DNA from: an uncultured Planctomycetia bacterium
Lineage (GTDB): Bacteria > Omnitrophota > Gorgyraeia > 2-02-FULL-51-18
Direction: 5' to 3'
Assembly (NCBI GenBank): GCA_964642015.1
Contig: CAZXLF010000007.1
Coordinates: 75,964 to 139,963 of the forward strand
DNA: 64,000 bases
Positions within the stretch are counted from its first letter, which is position 1; the number at the start of each line of letters is the position of its first letter. The position numbers and the translations under genes were made by a program. Shown piece after piece: positions 18,693-30,649 of this stretch. The notes below the pieces were generated by a model that was not told the origin of the DNA, made no database searches, and saw nothing but the letters and a program-made list of their open reading frames with translations.

Positions 18693-19831
18693 TGGAACGC
18701 ATTTATTAAATAATAGCACCCTGCACTTAAAACAGCGGCTAAAGGCAGGGTAATCAACCACGCTAAAAGAATTGAGCCGATCATTTTTCCGTTGGCACGT
18801 TTATTAATTAGACCAATCCCAAACAATGATCCACAAGAAACATGAGTGGTTGAGACGGGAAAGCCTAAACACGATGCCAGAATCACTAAAAACGCTGTGA
18901 CGAAGTTTGCAGTAAGACCTTGCCCAGGATTAATTGAAGTGATTTTATGAGACATTGTTTCGGCTACTTTCCTAGCACCAATAATTCCGCCAAAAGCCAT
19001 GAGAACAGCCACGAACGTAATATTAAATCCAAGCCCTAAAGTTCCAAACGCCACTGATAGCGCTACGATCTTTGGCGTGTCATTTAAGCCCCTAGCAAAA
19101 CTGACTGCGCCTGCACTTAAAAAATGGGTGTCATCTAAAATTTCTCGAATGGATACCCCGAATATTTTACCTGAATGCAATTCGGCTGATTTTGCTTGAC
19201 AAACTTCCCTCTCCCCGACAAAAACATCCATCTGAGGCAAAGTCAAAGTCGAAAAGGTAATTCCACCTGCCATTGCTAAACTCATTTGTGCTTTCTCGCC
19301 AGCACATACACACGATTCCCTGCTAATACCAGTAACTTTACCAGCCCAGCGAAAAAGAAAGTAAAAGATAAACGTAAGACCAAGGGCTAGGAGCGGACTT
19401 ATGACTAGTGGGATGAAGAAATTTTTTTTCAGTGCGGAAAAACCCAATCTTTCACCGACGGCAACAAAACCCGCTCCCACAAGGGCACCTGTCAAACTGT
19501 GGGTGGTCGAAATAGGACTTCCAATCCTTGAAGCTGTAAAAACAGTAAGTCCTGCTCCCAATATAACTGCTACCAGAAATGCTGGTTCCGCTATAACCAT
19601 ATCCGGCACAAGTCCTTTGCCACTAAAAGTCTTTACGAGTTTATCCGCCCAAAAATAAGCACAAAGCGATCCGAGTAGAGTAGTTGCTGTTGCCCATACA
19701 AGTGCTTTTTGATAACTGGCAATCCCACTGCCAAAAAGAGTGGCGACTCCTTTGAAGTTATCATTCGCACCATTGACATAAGCAATAAATAAAACGGTGC
19801 CAAAAACAAGAATCTCCCATAAACTAACCAT
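18620..19831 (-). CDS. PiT-family anion (phosphate) transporter
   Basis: NGAND, PISTTH, GLND, PVSTTH. Confidence 0.9.
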   Translation of the reverse strand: MVSLWEILVFGTVLFIAYVNGANDNFKGVATLFGSGIASYQKALVWATATTLLGSLCAYFWADKLVKTFSGKGLVPDMVIAEPAFLVAVILGAGLTVFTASRIGSPISTTHSLTGALVGAGFVAVGERLGFSALKKNFFIPLVISPLLALGLTFIFYFLFRWAGKVTGISRESCVCAGEKAQMSLAMAGGITFSTLTLPQMDVFVGEREVCQAKSAELHSGKIFGVSIREILDDTHFLSAGAVSFARGLNDTPKIVALSVAFGTLGLGFNITFVAVLMAFGGIIGARKVAETMSHKITSINPGQGLTANFVTAFLVILASCLGFPVSTTHVSCGSLFGIGLINKRANGKMIGSILLAWLITLPLAAVLSAGCYYLINAFHLFLIPKGSLLGVGFRLRHDRMTF

Positions 19832-20552
19832 TGTTATCCTTCAACGTTTCTGAAAACCAATTTTCTATTTCTTCTATGAACGGCTTTGAGAACTGTCTAT
19901 AAATCTCCTCGGCATGGGTTCCTTTTTCAAAGATTTTAATCTTTTTGGGCTGTTGTGCTTTTCCGTAAAGCGATTCGCTGTGTTTTGCACTTACGGTAGG
20001 ATCGTTAGTTGCATGAATAAAATAAATTGGGGCAGATATCGAAGAAATGACATCTAGTGGTTTTATTTTGTGAAGAAAAGGATTTCCCGGTCTTACACCT
20101 GCGCCCGGCTCAAGACCCTTCATTCCAAGTTTTATGGCGTCGATTGTCCACCATTTAAACTCGATCTTCTCGCTATCCATTGGAGAACTCACGCAAACAA
20201 TACTGTCGATATTTTTGAACTCTGCCTGTTCGATAATGGCAATAGATCCGCCATAGGAGAATCCCAACACTCCCACTTTTTTATAACGCTCCCGTGCATA
20301 ATCGATGACAGCTTTCAAATCTTCTTTCTCCAATGCAGAGAAAGTGTAAAGACCATCGGACTTGCCATGTCCTCTGAAATCCATAGAAATAACGTCAAAG
20401 TTTTTCTCTAAATCATGGGCGATGCGTGTAAAAGTGGGGGTAATTTTGCTTTGGAAAAATCCTGGGGCAATGACGATCGCTCTATCTTTTTCGGTCCTTA
20501 AATGATGGATTGAAATTTTAATTCCAGATGTGGTTTGGACAAATTTTTGCAC
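19824..20552 (-). CDS. Alpha/beta hydrolase
   Basis: DFRGHGKS, GFSYGG nucleophile elbow, D and H of the triad. Confidence 0.9.
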   Translation of the reverse strand: MQKFVQTTSGIKISIHHLRTEKDRAIVIAPGFFQSKITPTFTRIAHDLEKNFDVISMDFRGHGKSDGLYTFSALEKEDLKAVIDYARERYKKVGVLGFSYGGSIAIIEQAEFKNIDSIVCVSSPMDSEKIEFKWWTIDAIKLGMKGLEPGAGVRPGNPFLHKIKPLDVISSISAPIYFIHATNDPTVSAKHSESLYGKAQQPKKIKIFEKGTHAEEIYRQFSKPFIEEIENWFSETLKDNNG

Positions 20553-20563
20553 CCAAACACCTC

Positions 20564-20905
20564 TTATCTAAACATTCTTCCACCATTAAGAACCAGCCAA
20601 CTGGCGCCGCAAGTAAGTCCTGACAATAAGAAAGTAACACCGAAAGCCGTTAAAATCCCTTTTAATGTTTCTTTTCGGTTTTTTCTCTTAGCCACGATTG
20701 AAAAAGGGATAACATATATTAATTGGAACAAAAAGACCCAACCTGCCCAGAACCATAAGATAATCGGTATTGTTTGGATAGCTCCGAAAAATCGCCTCGG
20801 CAAAGAGACTAAAATCGACAAAGCCAAAGGAATAACTAAAAATATTACGTGGCCCCAAAGAACCTGAGTGATACCGACAGACATTTTGTCATTTTCGTCA
20901 TTCAT
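20564..20905 (-). CDS. Small three-TM protein ending LLSGLTCG
   Basis: ORF directly abuts the radical SAM gene stop; hydrophobic helices. Confidence 0.75.
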   Translation of the reverse strand: MNDENDKMSVGITQVLWGHVIFLVIPLALSILVSLPRRFFGAIQTIPIILWFWAGWVFLFQLIYVIPFSIVAKRKNRKETLKGILTAFGVTFLLSGLTCGASWLVLNGGRMFR

Positions 20906-22315
20906 TTATTTTTGCTTTTCAATCGCGCTTTCAGCCAAAGAAGCGACGTTTATTTTATTGTCTCGGTAGAAAATGTTGTATGTATCAAACGGAATTATTC
21001 TTCCGTCTGGATGAACGATGTGTACACATGACCGCTTAACTGATCTCACATCGAAGTTGTACGGGTCCAAAAATTCCATGATTGTCAGACGAAAAATGTT
21101 ATCGTAAGAGAGGCCTGGCGCGGCAACCTTCGGAAGACAACATAAAAGATCGTGCACGGCATGAGAAGACGATTTGGGGGAATGGTTTAAAGAAAATAGG
21201 CTAAAAACCTTTTCTTTAATGTTGGGTTGCTGCTCATAAAGAATGGTGTTTCTATAATCTTTTAGGAGAATTTGAGGATCCATAAGACCCGTGAGCGGCA
21301 CTACTTTTTCGTCCAATTTAACAGCATAGGCCATAGCAATGCAGTCGGGATGACACGGGACAGGAATAATATCTTCTGGTTTGAATACTGAGGATTGATT
21401 CAAAATCTGTTGCCTGATTTCTGTTAATGTAAGTCGGTCTTTTGCAGGATCAAATTGCTGCAATCGGCCTGCAACTTGAATAGGTTGAAACGTTACGCCT
21501 CGAACACATCGTTGTTTCATAGCAAAATCAATGATTTTTCCGATTTCGTTGTCATTCAATCCTTTTTTGACTGTCACGACCAAATTGGTAGAAATATTGA
21601 ATTCATTTAAATGCTCAAGCGCCTTAAATCTTACCGTTCTTAAATCCAGCCCTCTGATTTCCTCCAGATGATTTTTCTCCATACTGTCGAATTGAAGATA
21701 AATCTCTAAGCCGGGCATGTAATTTCTAAGCCGTTTACAAAACTCTTTGTCCTGTGAAATTCTCATTCCGTTTGTGTTAATCATGAGATGTCTAATTGGT
21801 TTGGTTTTTGCCAAGTCCAGCACTTCAAAGAAATCGGGATGAATAGTCGGTTCACCACCGCTTAATTGCACGATATCAGGTTCGCCCTCGTTCTTGACAA
21901 GCTCATCCATCATGAATTCAATTTCCTGAAGAGAACGGTGGCGGCCATTTGTAGGAGAAGACTCTGCATAACAAATCGGACATTGAAGATTGCAGCGATC
22001 CGTTATCTCAATTAGTGTTAGACAGCTATGTTGTTCATGATCTGGGCAAAGCCCGCAATCATAAGGACATCCGTGAACTGTCGCTGTATTAAATCTCTTC
22101 GGCAACTGACCAGGTTTTAGAAAAGCTCGGCACTTTTTGTAATACTCAATATCTGTCGAGATTAAGACTTTTTCAGTTGTGTGTTCCAAGCAATTCTTTA
22201 ATAAATAGACTTTCGCATCTTCAAAAATAATCTTTGCCTCAACTTTTTTCAGACATTTAGTGCATAGGCTGTTTGTCAATTCATAAAAAATATAAGATCT
22301 TTCGGTGATATTCAT
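20906..22315 (-). CDS. Radical SAM enzyme of the MJ0619/Tes (GDGT-MAS)-like family
   Basis: CxxC...CxxH N-terminus, CPYDCGLCPDH, CNLQCPIC, GGEP, PCHPDC, DGRIIPFDTYN. Confidence 0.85.
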   Translation of the reverse strand: MNITERSYIFYELTNSLCTKCLKKVEAKIIFEDAKVYLLKNCLEHTTEKVLISTDIEYYKKCRAFLKPGQLPKRFNTATVHGCPYDCGLCPDHEQHSCLTLIEITDRCNLQCPICYAESSPTNGRHRSLQEIEFMMDELVKNEGEPDIVQLSGGEPTIHPDFFEVLDLAKTKPIRHLMINTNGMRISQDKEFCKRLRNYMPGLEIYLQFDSMEKNHLEEIRGLDLRTVRFKALEHLNEFNISTNLVVTVKKGLNDNEIGKIIDFAMKQRCVRGVTFQPIQVAGRLQQFDPAKDRLTLTEIRQQILNQSSVFKPEDIIPVPCHPDCIAMAYAVKLDEKVVPLTGLMDPQILLKDYRNTILYEQQPNIKEKVFSLFSLNHSPKSSSHAVHDLLCCLPKVAAPGLSYDNIFRLTIMEFLDPYNFDVRSVKRSCVHIVHPDGRIIPFDTYNIFYRDNKINVASLAESAIEKQK

Positions 22316-23049
22316 TGAACTTCCTTTCTGGTATAGGCGAATTGAAACATGGGCTTGATGGATCGCACTATGACCAATAATCCAATAATGGCTATCACTT
22401 GGACAATATCCATTCCGAAGTAAAAACGTGGGGTTGGTTTTATGAACTCGACAAAAAACCGAAACGTTAAATACCCAATCATGAAGAACTTAAAAATATC
22501 TCCTTGAGAAAAAGGGTATTTTTTTCGAATTAGGATGAAAGAAAGCAGAACAAGCATGAAAAGGATCTCGTAGACTTGGGTAGGGTGCCGGGTAATACCG
22601 TCGCCAAAATCAAACCCCCATGGAAGACTAGTGGGCAAACCATATGTTTTGTCATAAAACCCTGTCACAAAACAGCCGATCCTTCCGATAATAATTCCAA
22701 TGATAAGCGGTATGACAAATATATCTCCTGTTGGAGTGCTTAAGCCGATCATTTTCTTAGTAATTTCTACGCCCAACCAACCTCCTGTTAAGGCTCCTAC
22801 AATTCCTTTTCCTGCAATGAGCTGATGCATATCGGATAGATTAAGCATAAACGATATGGGATCATCAAACCAAACAACCAATTTTGAACCCAGCGCAGCT
22901 CCTAAGATGCCGCCGGCGATGACCCAATTTCTTTGGGATGATTCAATAGAATCCTTTTTTCGCATCCATAAGAAAACTCTAAATCCAACAAAATAAGCGA
23001 GAGCTTCAAAAATCATGTGGTATATTGGTGGAAACATCCCGAGCCTCAT
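22312..23049 (-). CDS. Prolipoprotein diacylglyceryl transferase (Lgt) paralog
   Basis: GRIGCF, HPTQVYE, RFFVEF; HGG motif replaced by GKGIVG. Confidence 0.88.
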   Translation of the reverse strand: MRLGMFPPIYHMIFEALAYFVGFRVFLWMRKKDSIESSQRNWVIAGGILGAALGSKLVVWFDDPISFMLNLSDMHQLIAGKGIVGALTGGWLGVEITKKMIGLSTPTGDIFVIPLIIGIIIGRIGCFVTGFYDKTYGLPTSLPWGFDFGDGITRHPTQVYEILFMLVLLSFILIRKKYPFSQGDIFKFFMIGYLTFRFFVEFIKPTPRFYFGMDIVQVIAIIGLLVIVRSIKPMFQFAYTRKEVQ

Positions 23050-23579
23050 GCTGTCTCCTTTTTTGCTAAAAGGTATTTAATAAAATAAAACCCTTCGAAC
23101 AATAACAAGAATAGAGTAATACCGGCGGTTACAAATCCTTGGATAATGAATTGCCTAGGCATATCAAGAATGTGGAAAGATAACGTTGCACCCTGATGGA
23201 TTACTTTACCCGACTCAATCAGAGCAACAATCAGAATCGCACCGCTTATAAACATGCTCAGCATGTGGACGAGATATTCAAACGGAGGTAATCCTCCGAG
23301 CGAAGACCTACTTTGCGGTTCGAGATACACATCAATCAACGAATTAATAAAATCTAGTATTAATAAGGCAGGTAACATAATGGCGTAAGCTCCTTTTGGC
23401 TGGGCAAACAAAATCCAGAGAATGATACAAAAGAAAAGAAAGGTACGAACAAGGTGTGTTAGGTGTTCTAAGCGGCTAGTAGTTCGTTTATAGATTTTGA
23501 ACTTATAAATGTGGAAATAAATAACGTCCGCGCTTCCCAGAAGGGCATAAAAACATAAAAGAAAAAATAATATAATCAT
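23046..23579 (-). CDS. Hypothetical membrane protein with His/acidic motifs
   Basis: D..YFH, EHLTH, D...E..SR...GGLP..EY..H; coupled by ATGA overlaps. Confidence 0.75.
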   Translation of the reverse strand: MIILFFLLCFYALLGSADVIYFHIYKFKIYKRTTSRLEHLTHLVRTFLFFCIILWILFAQPKGAYAIMLPALLILDFINSLIDVYLEPQSRSSLGGLPPFEYLVHMLSMFISGAILIVALIESGKVIHQGATLSFHILDMPRQFIIQGFVTAGITLFLLLFEGFYFIKYLLAKKETA

Positions 23580-24301
23580 TCGGATACCTTCTCATCTAAA
23601 TTTCTCACATGTTTAGCCGGCATACCCGCAAAAAGAGTTTTTTCAGAAACCATCGTATTTTTAGGCAGTACAGATCTCGCGGCAATCAAGGCTCCGCTTC
23701 CGATAGACGCGCCGGGCATAATGACAGCGCCTAATCCAATGGTTACTTTTTTGCCAATCACTGTCTTCTTGAGTTTTAGTTTCCCATGTTCGGCTAAATG
23801 GCCAATCAAGACTGCATCACCGCCAATGACAGAATCATCTCCAATCTCAAGAAGCGATACGTCAGCAAGTCCCTTAGTATTTATCTGAACTCGTCTACCT
23901 ATTTTGGCGCCCATTAAGCGATAATAAAGCGGGAGAAAAGGTGTAAGCCTCATGAAATCCATGAACGTCAGATTCACAATGAGCATCATCGCATTTACAA
24001 ATGCCCATTTGGTTCCCTCTAAAGAGAAAAAATTGTATTCTCCTTCTTGAAGTTTCAGATTTAAGACAAATCGTAATACAACGGTCTCCACAGACAGAGT
24101 CAAACCGAAAAGAAAATATCCAAATCCAAGACCGCCTGCCAAGATCGAGGACTTAAGAAAAAGATGGGTTGGATTTATCATTTGCCAAAGATAAAGTGTT
24201 AAGTATATAGGCGGAATAATGGCAATCGTCAAAATGACCGCGCCAAGAAAATACATTGAAAGCGTAAAGAGATATTGAAGAAGCGTTGCGTATTGCTTCA
24301 T
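23576..24301 (-). CDS. Membrane-anchored left-handed beta-helix acyltransferase
   Basis: Two TMs, YRLMGAKIG, hexapeptide repeats, AGMPA; start at MKQYA with GAGGA RBS. Confidence 0.85.
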   Translation of the reverse strand: MKQYATLLQYLFTLSMYFLGAVILTIAIIPPIYLTLYLWQMINPTHLFLKSSILAGGLGFGYFLFGLTLSVETVVLRFVLNLKLQEGEYNFFSLEGTKWAFVNAMMLIVNLTFMDFMRLTPFLPLYYRLMGAKIGRRVQINTKGLADVSLLEIGDDSVIGGDAVLIGHLAEHGKLKLKKTVIGKKVTIGLGAVIMPGASIGSGALIAARSVLPKNTMVSEKTLFAGMPAKHVRNLDEKVSE

Positions 24302-24314
24302 AGCGTATAATTCC

Positions 24315-24551
24315 TCAGAAAAGTTTTGGCAATCCCCAGAATTTCCCGCATAAACCCCAAAACAACAACAGAAATAATCCAATTGTCGATAGAAAAATAG
24401 ATAAATCTCTCTTCCAAGTTGATTTCTTTGGTTTCTCTGGCATTGGAACTGGATGGTATTCACCTTCTTTAAATTCCAAATCTTGACTGCAATAAAGACA
24501 GACTTTCCATGTATCATCAAAAACCTTATTGCATTTGTTACATACTCTCAT
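24315..24551 (-). CDS. Small zinc-ribbon protein with C-terminal TM ending FWGLCG
   Basis: CNKC...CLYC, Pro/Lys linker, hydrophobic helix; GGAGG RBS. Confidence 0.75.
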   Translation of the reverse strand: MRVCNKCNKVFDDTWKVCLYCSQDLEFKEGEYHPVPMPEKPKKSTWKRDLSIFLSTIGLFLLLFWGLCGKFWGLPKLF

Positions 24552-24575
24552 GCTAAGACCTCCGATTTTTCGTTC

Positions 24576-25037
24576 TCAAATGTTCCGCCTTAAACGATCC
24601 AGACCTGCTACGGTTCTCCTAACATCCGCATCGGGCAACGACACGATTTCATTCACTTTCCTCTTATAAACAGGCCATGCTTTCACTAAAAGGTCAGAAC
24701 CTTTTCTAGTGATCTTAATTAAATTGACCCTTCGGTCTTCTGTGTCGGCCACTCTTTCAACCCAGCCTTCTTTTTCGAGTCGGTCAATCAGACGTGTGAT
24801 ATTGCCCGCCGTTACAATCATTCGTTGGCTGATATCCACCTGAGATAGACCTTTCTCTTTACCGACGTGTTTAATCATTAGAAGCGCATTCATCTTTACA
24901 GCACTTAGACCAAACGAATCTAAAACTTTTTCGATTTCTTTCTCAATAAGAACATAGGATAAGGCAAGATTATAAAGAAGCTCTTCCCTTAATCTGTCTT
25001 TACCATCTCTAATCCCTAACTCACTGAAAATGGACAT
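24576..25037 (-). CDS. MarR family transcriptional regulator
   Basis: NITRLIDRLEKEGWVER...DRR...ITRKG. Confidence 0.92.
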   Translation of the reverse strand: MSIFSELGIRDGKDRLREELLYNLALSYVLIEKEIEKVLDSFGLSAVKMNALLMIKHVGKEKGLSQVDISQRMIVTAGNITRLIDRLEKEGWVERVADTEDRRVNLIKITRKGSDLLVKAWPVYKRKVNEIVSLPDADVRRTVAGLDRLRRNI

Positions 25038-25054
25038 TTGGTTTTCCTTTAAAT

Positions 25055-25085
25055 ATAGTTTACATAGCAACTATTAATAAATCAA
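25055..25085 (-). promoter_or_regulatory. Sigma70 promoter overlapped by a palindromic MarR-type operator
   Basis: TTGATT-17-TAAACT; imperfect palindrome ATAGTT-N8-AACTAT at 25055-25074. Confidence 0.6.
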
Positions 25086-25170
25086 GTTATTTGTCATTTG
25101 TCAGTTGGAGATGAGGATCCCCGTTACAAGCGCAAAACTCGTAACGAGATAGGTTTTTGTTTGAATAAAA

Positions 25171-25248
25171 TGGCGACCCCAACGGGATTCGAACCCGTGT
25201 CATCACCGTGAAAGGGTGATGTCCTAAGCCAGGCTAGACGATGGGGTC
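25171..25248 (-). tRNA. tRNA-Glu(TTC)
   Basis: GACCCCA/TGGGGTC acceptor stem, TCACC-CT-TTC-AC-GGTGA anticodon arm, TTCGAAT loop, encoded CCA. Confidence 0.97.
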
Positions 25249-25255
25249 AAAAGGA

Positions 25256-27745
25256 TTACTTGGTTTCTTTTTCTTTGGATTCTTCGGCAGAGCCCTCATC
25301 CTCGGGCTCCACTTTGGCGATCGTAACGACTTTGTCGTTGGCTTTCTTAAGATTGATGAGGCGAACGCCCTGCGCGACACGGCCTGTCTCACGGATATCT
25401 TTCACCGAACAACGTACGACCATACCGGCTTGCGTCATGATCATGAGATCATCTTTATCGGTAACACATTTCAGTCCGACGACGCGGCCGTTCTTGTCGG
25501 TCACTTTGATATTCGTGACGCCTTTTCCTCCGCGCGAAGTCACGCGGTATTCGCTGATCTCAGAGCGCTTGCCAAAACCTTTTTCAGTCACAGATAATAG
25601 CGTCGCATTTTTATTCACCACTTCCATGCCAATCAGAAAATCTTTGGATTCAAGACTGATGCCACGAACTCCGCCCGCTGCGCGTCCCATGCTGCGGACT
25701 AGATTCTCAGGAAAACGAATCGCTTTTCCATTGTGAGTGGCCAAAAATATTTCCTGTTCGCCGTCGGTGAGCTCCGCTTCGATGAGCTCATCTTTGGCAT
25801 CAAGTCCTATCGCGACAATACCGCTGCGGCGTGTGTTTTCAAAATCAGTAAGCTCACATTTCTTGATCTGTCCCAAACGCGTAGCCATCGCCAGATATTT
25901 GCCTTCCTCAAATTTCCGCACCGGAATATAAGAGGTAACTTTCTCGCCTTGAGATAACGAAACGAAATTGGCGATGAATTTGCCTTTCGATATACGACTG
26001 GCTTGAGGGATCTCATGCACCTTCAATACAAATACCTTTCCTTTGGAAGTGAATAAAAGAAGATTATCGTGCGTTGAGGCAATAAAAAGATGTTCGACAA
26101 AATCTTCCTCGGCGCCTCCGGAACCAACACCCACGCCTCCACGCTTTTGTTTGCGGTAAGTCGTGACCGGCAGGCGCTTCACATACCCCTGATGGCTGAT
26201 CGTCACCACCACATCTTCTTCGGCGATCAGATCCTCGACATCAAGCTCTACATCGACACTCTTTGAGATCTCGGTCCTGCGGTCATCACCGTATTTTTCT
26301 TTAAGTTTCAAAAGTTCTTCTTTGATGATCTCAAGCACCTTCTTTTCGGACTTGAGCACCGATTCAAAATACTCGATCTTCTTGAGAAGTTCCTTAAATT
26401 CCTCTTCTAGCTTATGGATTTCAAGACCGGTCAGCTTTTGAAGCTGCATTTCGAGAATGGCCTGCGCTTGCTTATCTGAAAATTCAAAATCCTCGATCAA
26501 CGCCGCTTTAGCTTCGGCCGGTGTTTTGGATTTGCGGATCGTCTTGATGACCTTATCCAGAATATCGACGGCTTTCTTCAAACCCTCGACGATATGCGCG
26601 CGGTCTTTGGCTTTTTCTAGATCAAACTTTGTGCGGCGGATAATGATATCTTTGCGATGGCGAATGTATTCGTGGATAATTTCCTTTAATTTCAAGACCC
26701 TCGGAGAACCGTCCACCAGCGCGAGAAAGATGATGCCGAACGTGGTCTGCATCTGAGTGTGTTTATAAAGCTGATTCAATACGATCTGCGCATTGGCGTC
26801 GCGCTTGAGATCGATCACCAGACGCATGCCCTCTTTGTCCGATTCATCGCGCACATCGGAAATACCTTCGATCTTTTTCTCATTCACAAGCTCGGCAATG
26901 TTTTCGATCAGATTGGCTTTATTGACCTGGTAAGGAATTTCACTGATGATGATCGCCTGTTTTCCGCCCTTCAATTCCTCGATCCCTGCTTTGGCTCTGA
27001 TCTTAAGAAGCCCGCGGCCTGTCTCATACGCGGATTTCAAACCCTCCGTACCGCAGATCATGGCTCCCGTCGGAAAATCAGGTCCTTTGATATGCTTCAT
27101 CAGATCCTTTGTCTGGATCTCGGGATCTTCAAGCTGAGCAACAATCGCATCGGCTACTTCATTTAAATTATGGGGAGGGATATTCGTCGCCATACCGACT
27201 GCTATACCGCTCGAGCCGTTGCATAAAAGATTGGGAAGCGTCGCGGGAAGAAGCGTCGGTTCTTCCAATGTTTCGTCAAAATTGGGAGCAAAATTTACGG
27301 TGTTTTTTTCGATGTCACTGAGGATCGTATCCGTGATACCGGCAAGACGCGCTTCGGTATAACGCATCGCGGCCGCTGAATCTCCATCGACTGAACCAAA
27401 ATTACCCTGTCCGTCGACCAACGGATACCTAAGAGAAAAATCCTGAACCATGCGCACCAGCGTGTCGTACACAGCCACGTCTCCGTGCGGGTGGTATTTA
27501 CCAAGCACTTCTCCGACGATACGCGCGCATTTCTTGTAGGAGCGGCTGTGGTCCAAACCCAGCTCTTTCATCGCAAAAAGAATGCGGCGATGGACGGGTT
27601 TCAAACCATCTCTTACATCAGGCAATGCGCGTCCAACAATGACGCTCATCGCGTAATTAAGGTAGGAAGTTTTCATTTCCTGTTCGATAAAAACAGGATT
27701 TACTTTTTCATTACGGGTATAAATATTTTCAGTTTTATCTGCCAT
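25256..27745 (-). CDS. gyrA: DNA gyrase subunit A
   Basis: YHPHGD, AAMRYTE, GyrA-box QKRGGVG. Confidence 0.98.
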   Translation of the reverse strand: MADKTENIYTRNEKVNPVFIEQEMKTSYLNYAMSVIVGRALPDVRDGLKPVHRRILFAMKELGLDHSRSYKKCARIVGEVLGKYHPHGDVAVYDTLVRMVQDFSLRYPLVDGQGNFGSVDGDSAAAMRYTEARLAGITDTILSDIEKNTVNFAPNFDETLEEPTLLPATLPNLLCNGSSGIAVGMATNIPPHNLNEVADAIVAQLEDPEIQTKDLMKHIKGPDFPTGAMICGTEGLKSAYETGRGLLKIRAKAGIEELKGGKQAIIISEIPYQVNKANLIENIAELVNEKKIEGISDVRDESDKEGMRLVIDLKRDANAQIVLNQLYKHTQMQTTFGIIFLALVDGSPRVLKLKEIIHEYIRHRKDIIIRRTKFDLEKAKDRAHIVEGLKKAVDILDKVIKTIRKSKTPAEAKAALIEDFEFSDKQAQAILEMQLQKLTGLEIHKLEEEFKELLKKIEYFESVLKSEKKVLEIIKEELLKLKEKYGDDRRTEISKSVDVELDVEDLIAEEDVVVTISHQGYVKRLPVTTYRKQKRGGVGVGSGGAEEDFVEHLFIASTHDNLLLFTSKGKVFVLKVHEIPQASRISKGKFIANFVSLSQGEKVTSYIPVRKFEEGKYLAMATRLGQIKKCELTDFENTRRSGIVAIGLDAKDELIEAELTDGEQEIFLATHNGKAIRFPENLVRSMGRAAGGVRGISLESKDFLIGMEVVNKNATLLSVTEKGFGKRSEISEYRVTSRGGKGVTNIKVTDKNGRVVGLKCVTDKDDLMIMTQAGMVVRCSVKDIRETGRVAQGVRLINLKKANDKVVTIAKVEPEDEGSAEESKEKETK

Positions 27746-27748
27746 TTT

Positions 27749-30319
<2,571 letters not shown>

Positions 30320-30625
30320 TTAGAACTCCCCTATTCTAAAATGAATTTCAGAGATTCTATCCTTTCCGAGCTTTCTTTTCAATCCTTTTAAGATATCCCG
30401 TTTGCGCATCGAAAGCTCCTGCATCCAAGCTGAGTTATCGACTCGTATACTCAAAACCTTGTTCCGGATAGCTGTTGGTCTTGAATGTTTGAAACCATTC
30501 TCACCAACAAGTTCTTTCCAGAACGATTCCATAGATTCGCTGGATGGATTGGTTGATCCCTCCAATCTTGCGAAAACATTTTGAATAACCTCGCTTATCG
30601 GAGAGACCTTTGAACCTTTTGCCAT
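30320..30625 (-). CDS. dciA: DUF721/DciA family helicase loader
   Basis: W..LVG....HS.P......L.I.V.NSAW.QEL; conserved position between dnaN and gyrB. Confidence 0.85.
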   Translation of the reverse strand: MAKGSKVSPISEVIQNVFARLEGSTNPSSESMESFWKELVGENGFKHSRPTAIRNKVLSIRVDNSAWMQELSMRKRDILKGLKRKLGKDRISEIHFRIGEF

Positions 30626-30649
30626 TGCGGATATGGGTGGTATCGCGGA

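Larger units (their letters stand above)
11252..25248. mobile_element. tRNA-Glu-anchored tandem genomic island / cassette array, seven units, no integrase
   Basis: CGACCC-like scars at 11252, 12304, 13220, 14151, 15843, 16842 and 18540 match the tRNA-Glu 3' end (25174-25181) and separate unrelated cargo genes. Confidence 0.7.

Noticed and set aside
24302-24520. N-terminal extension of the 314-aa acyltransferase ORF
   Set aside because: Overlaps the better-supported zinc-ribbon gene; an RBS supports the start at 24301.
11252-25070. Co-orientation of all cargo genes as evidence for an integron; attC sites
   Set aside because: All genes left of oriC are on the minus strand, so orientation is uninformative; no attC-type GTTRRRY hairpins or IntI were recognised.
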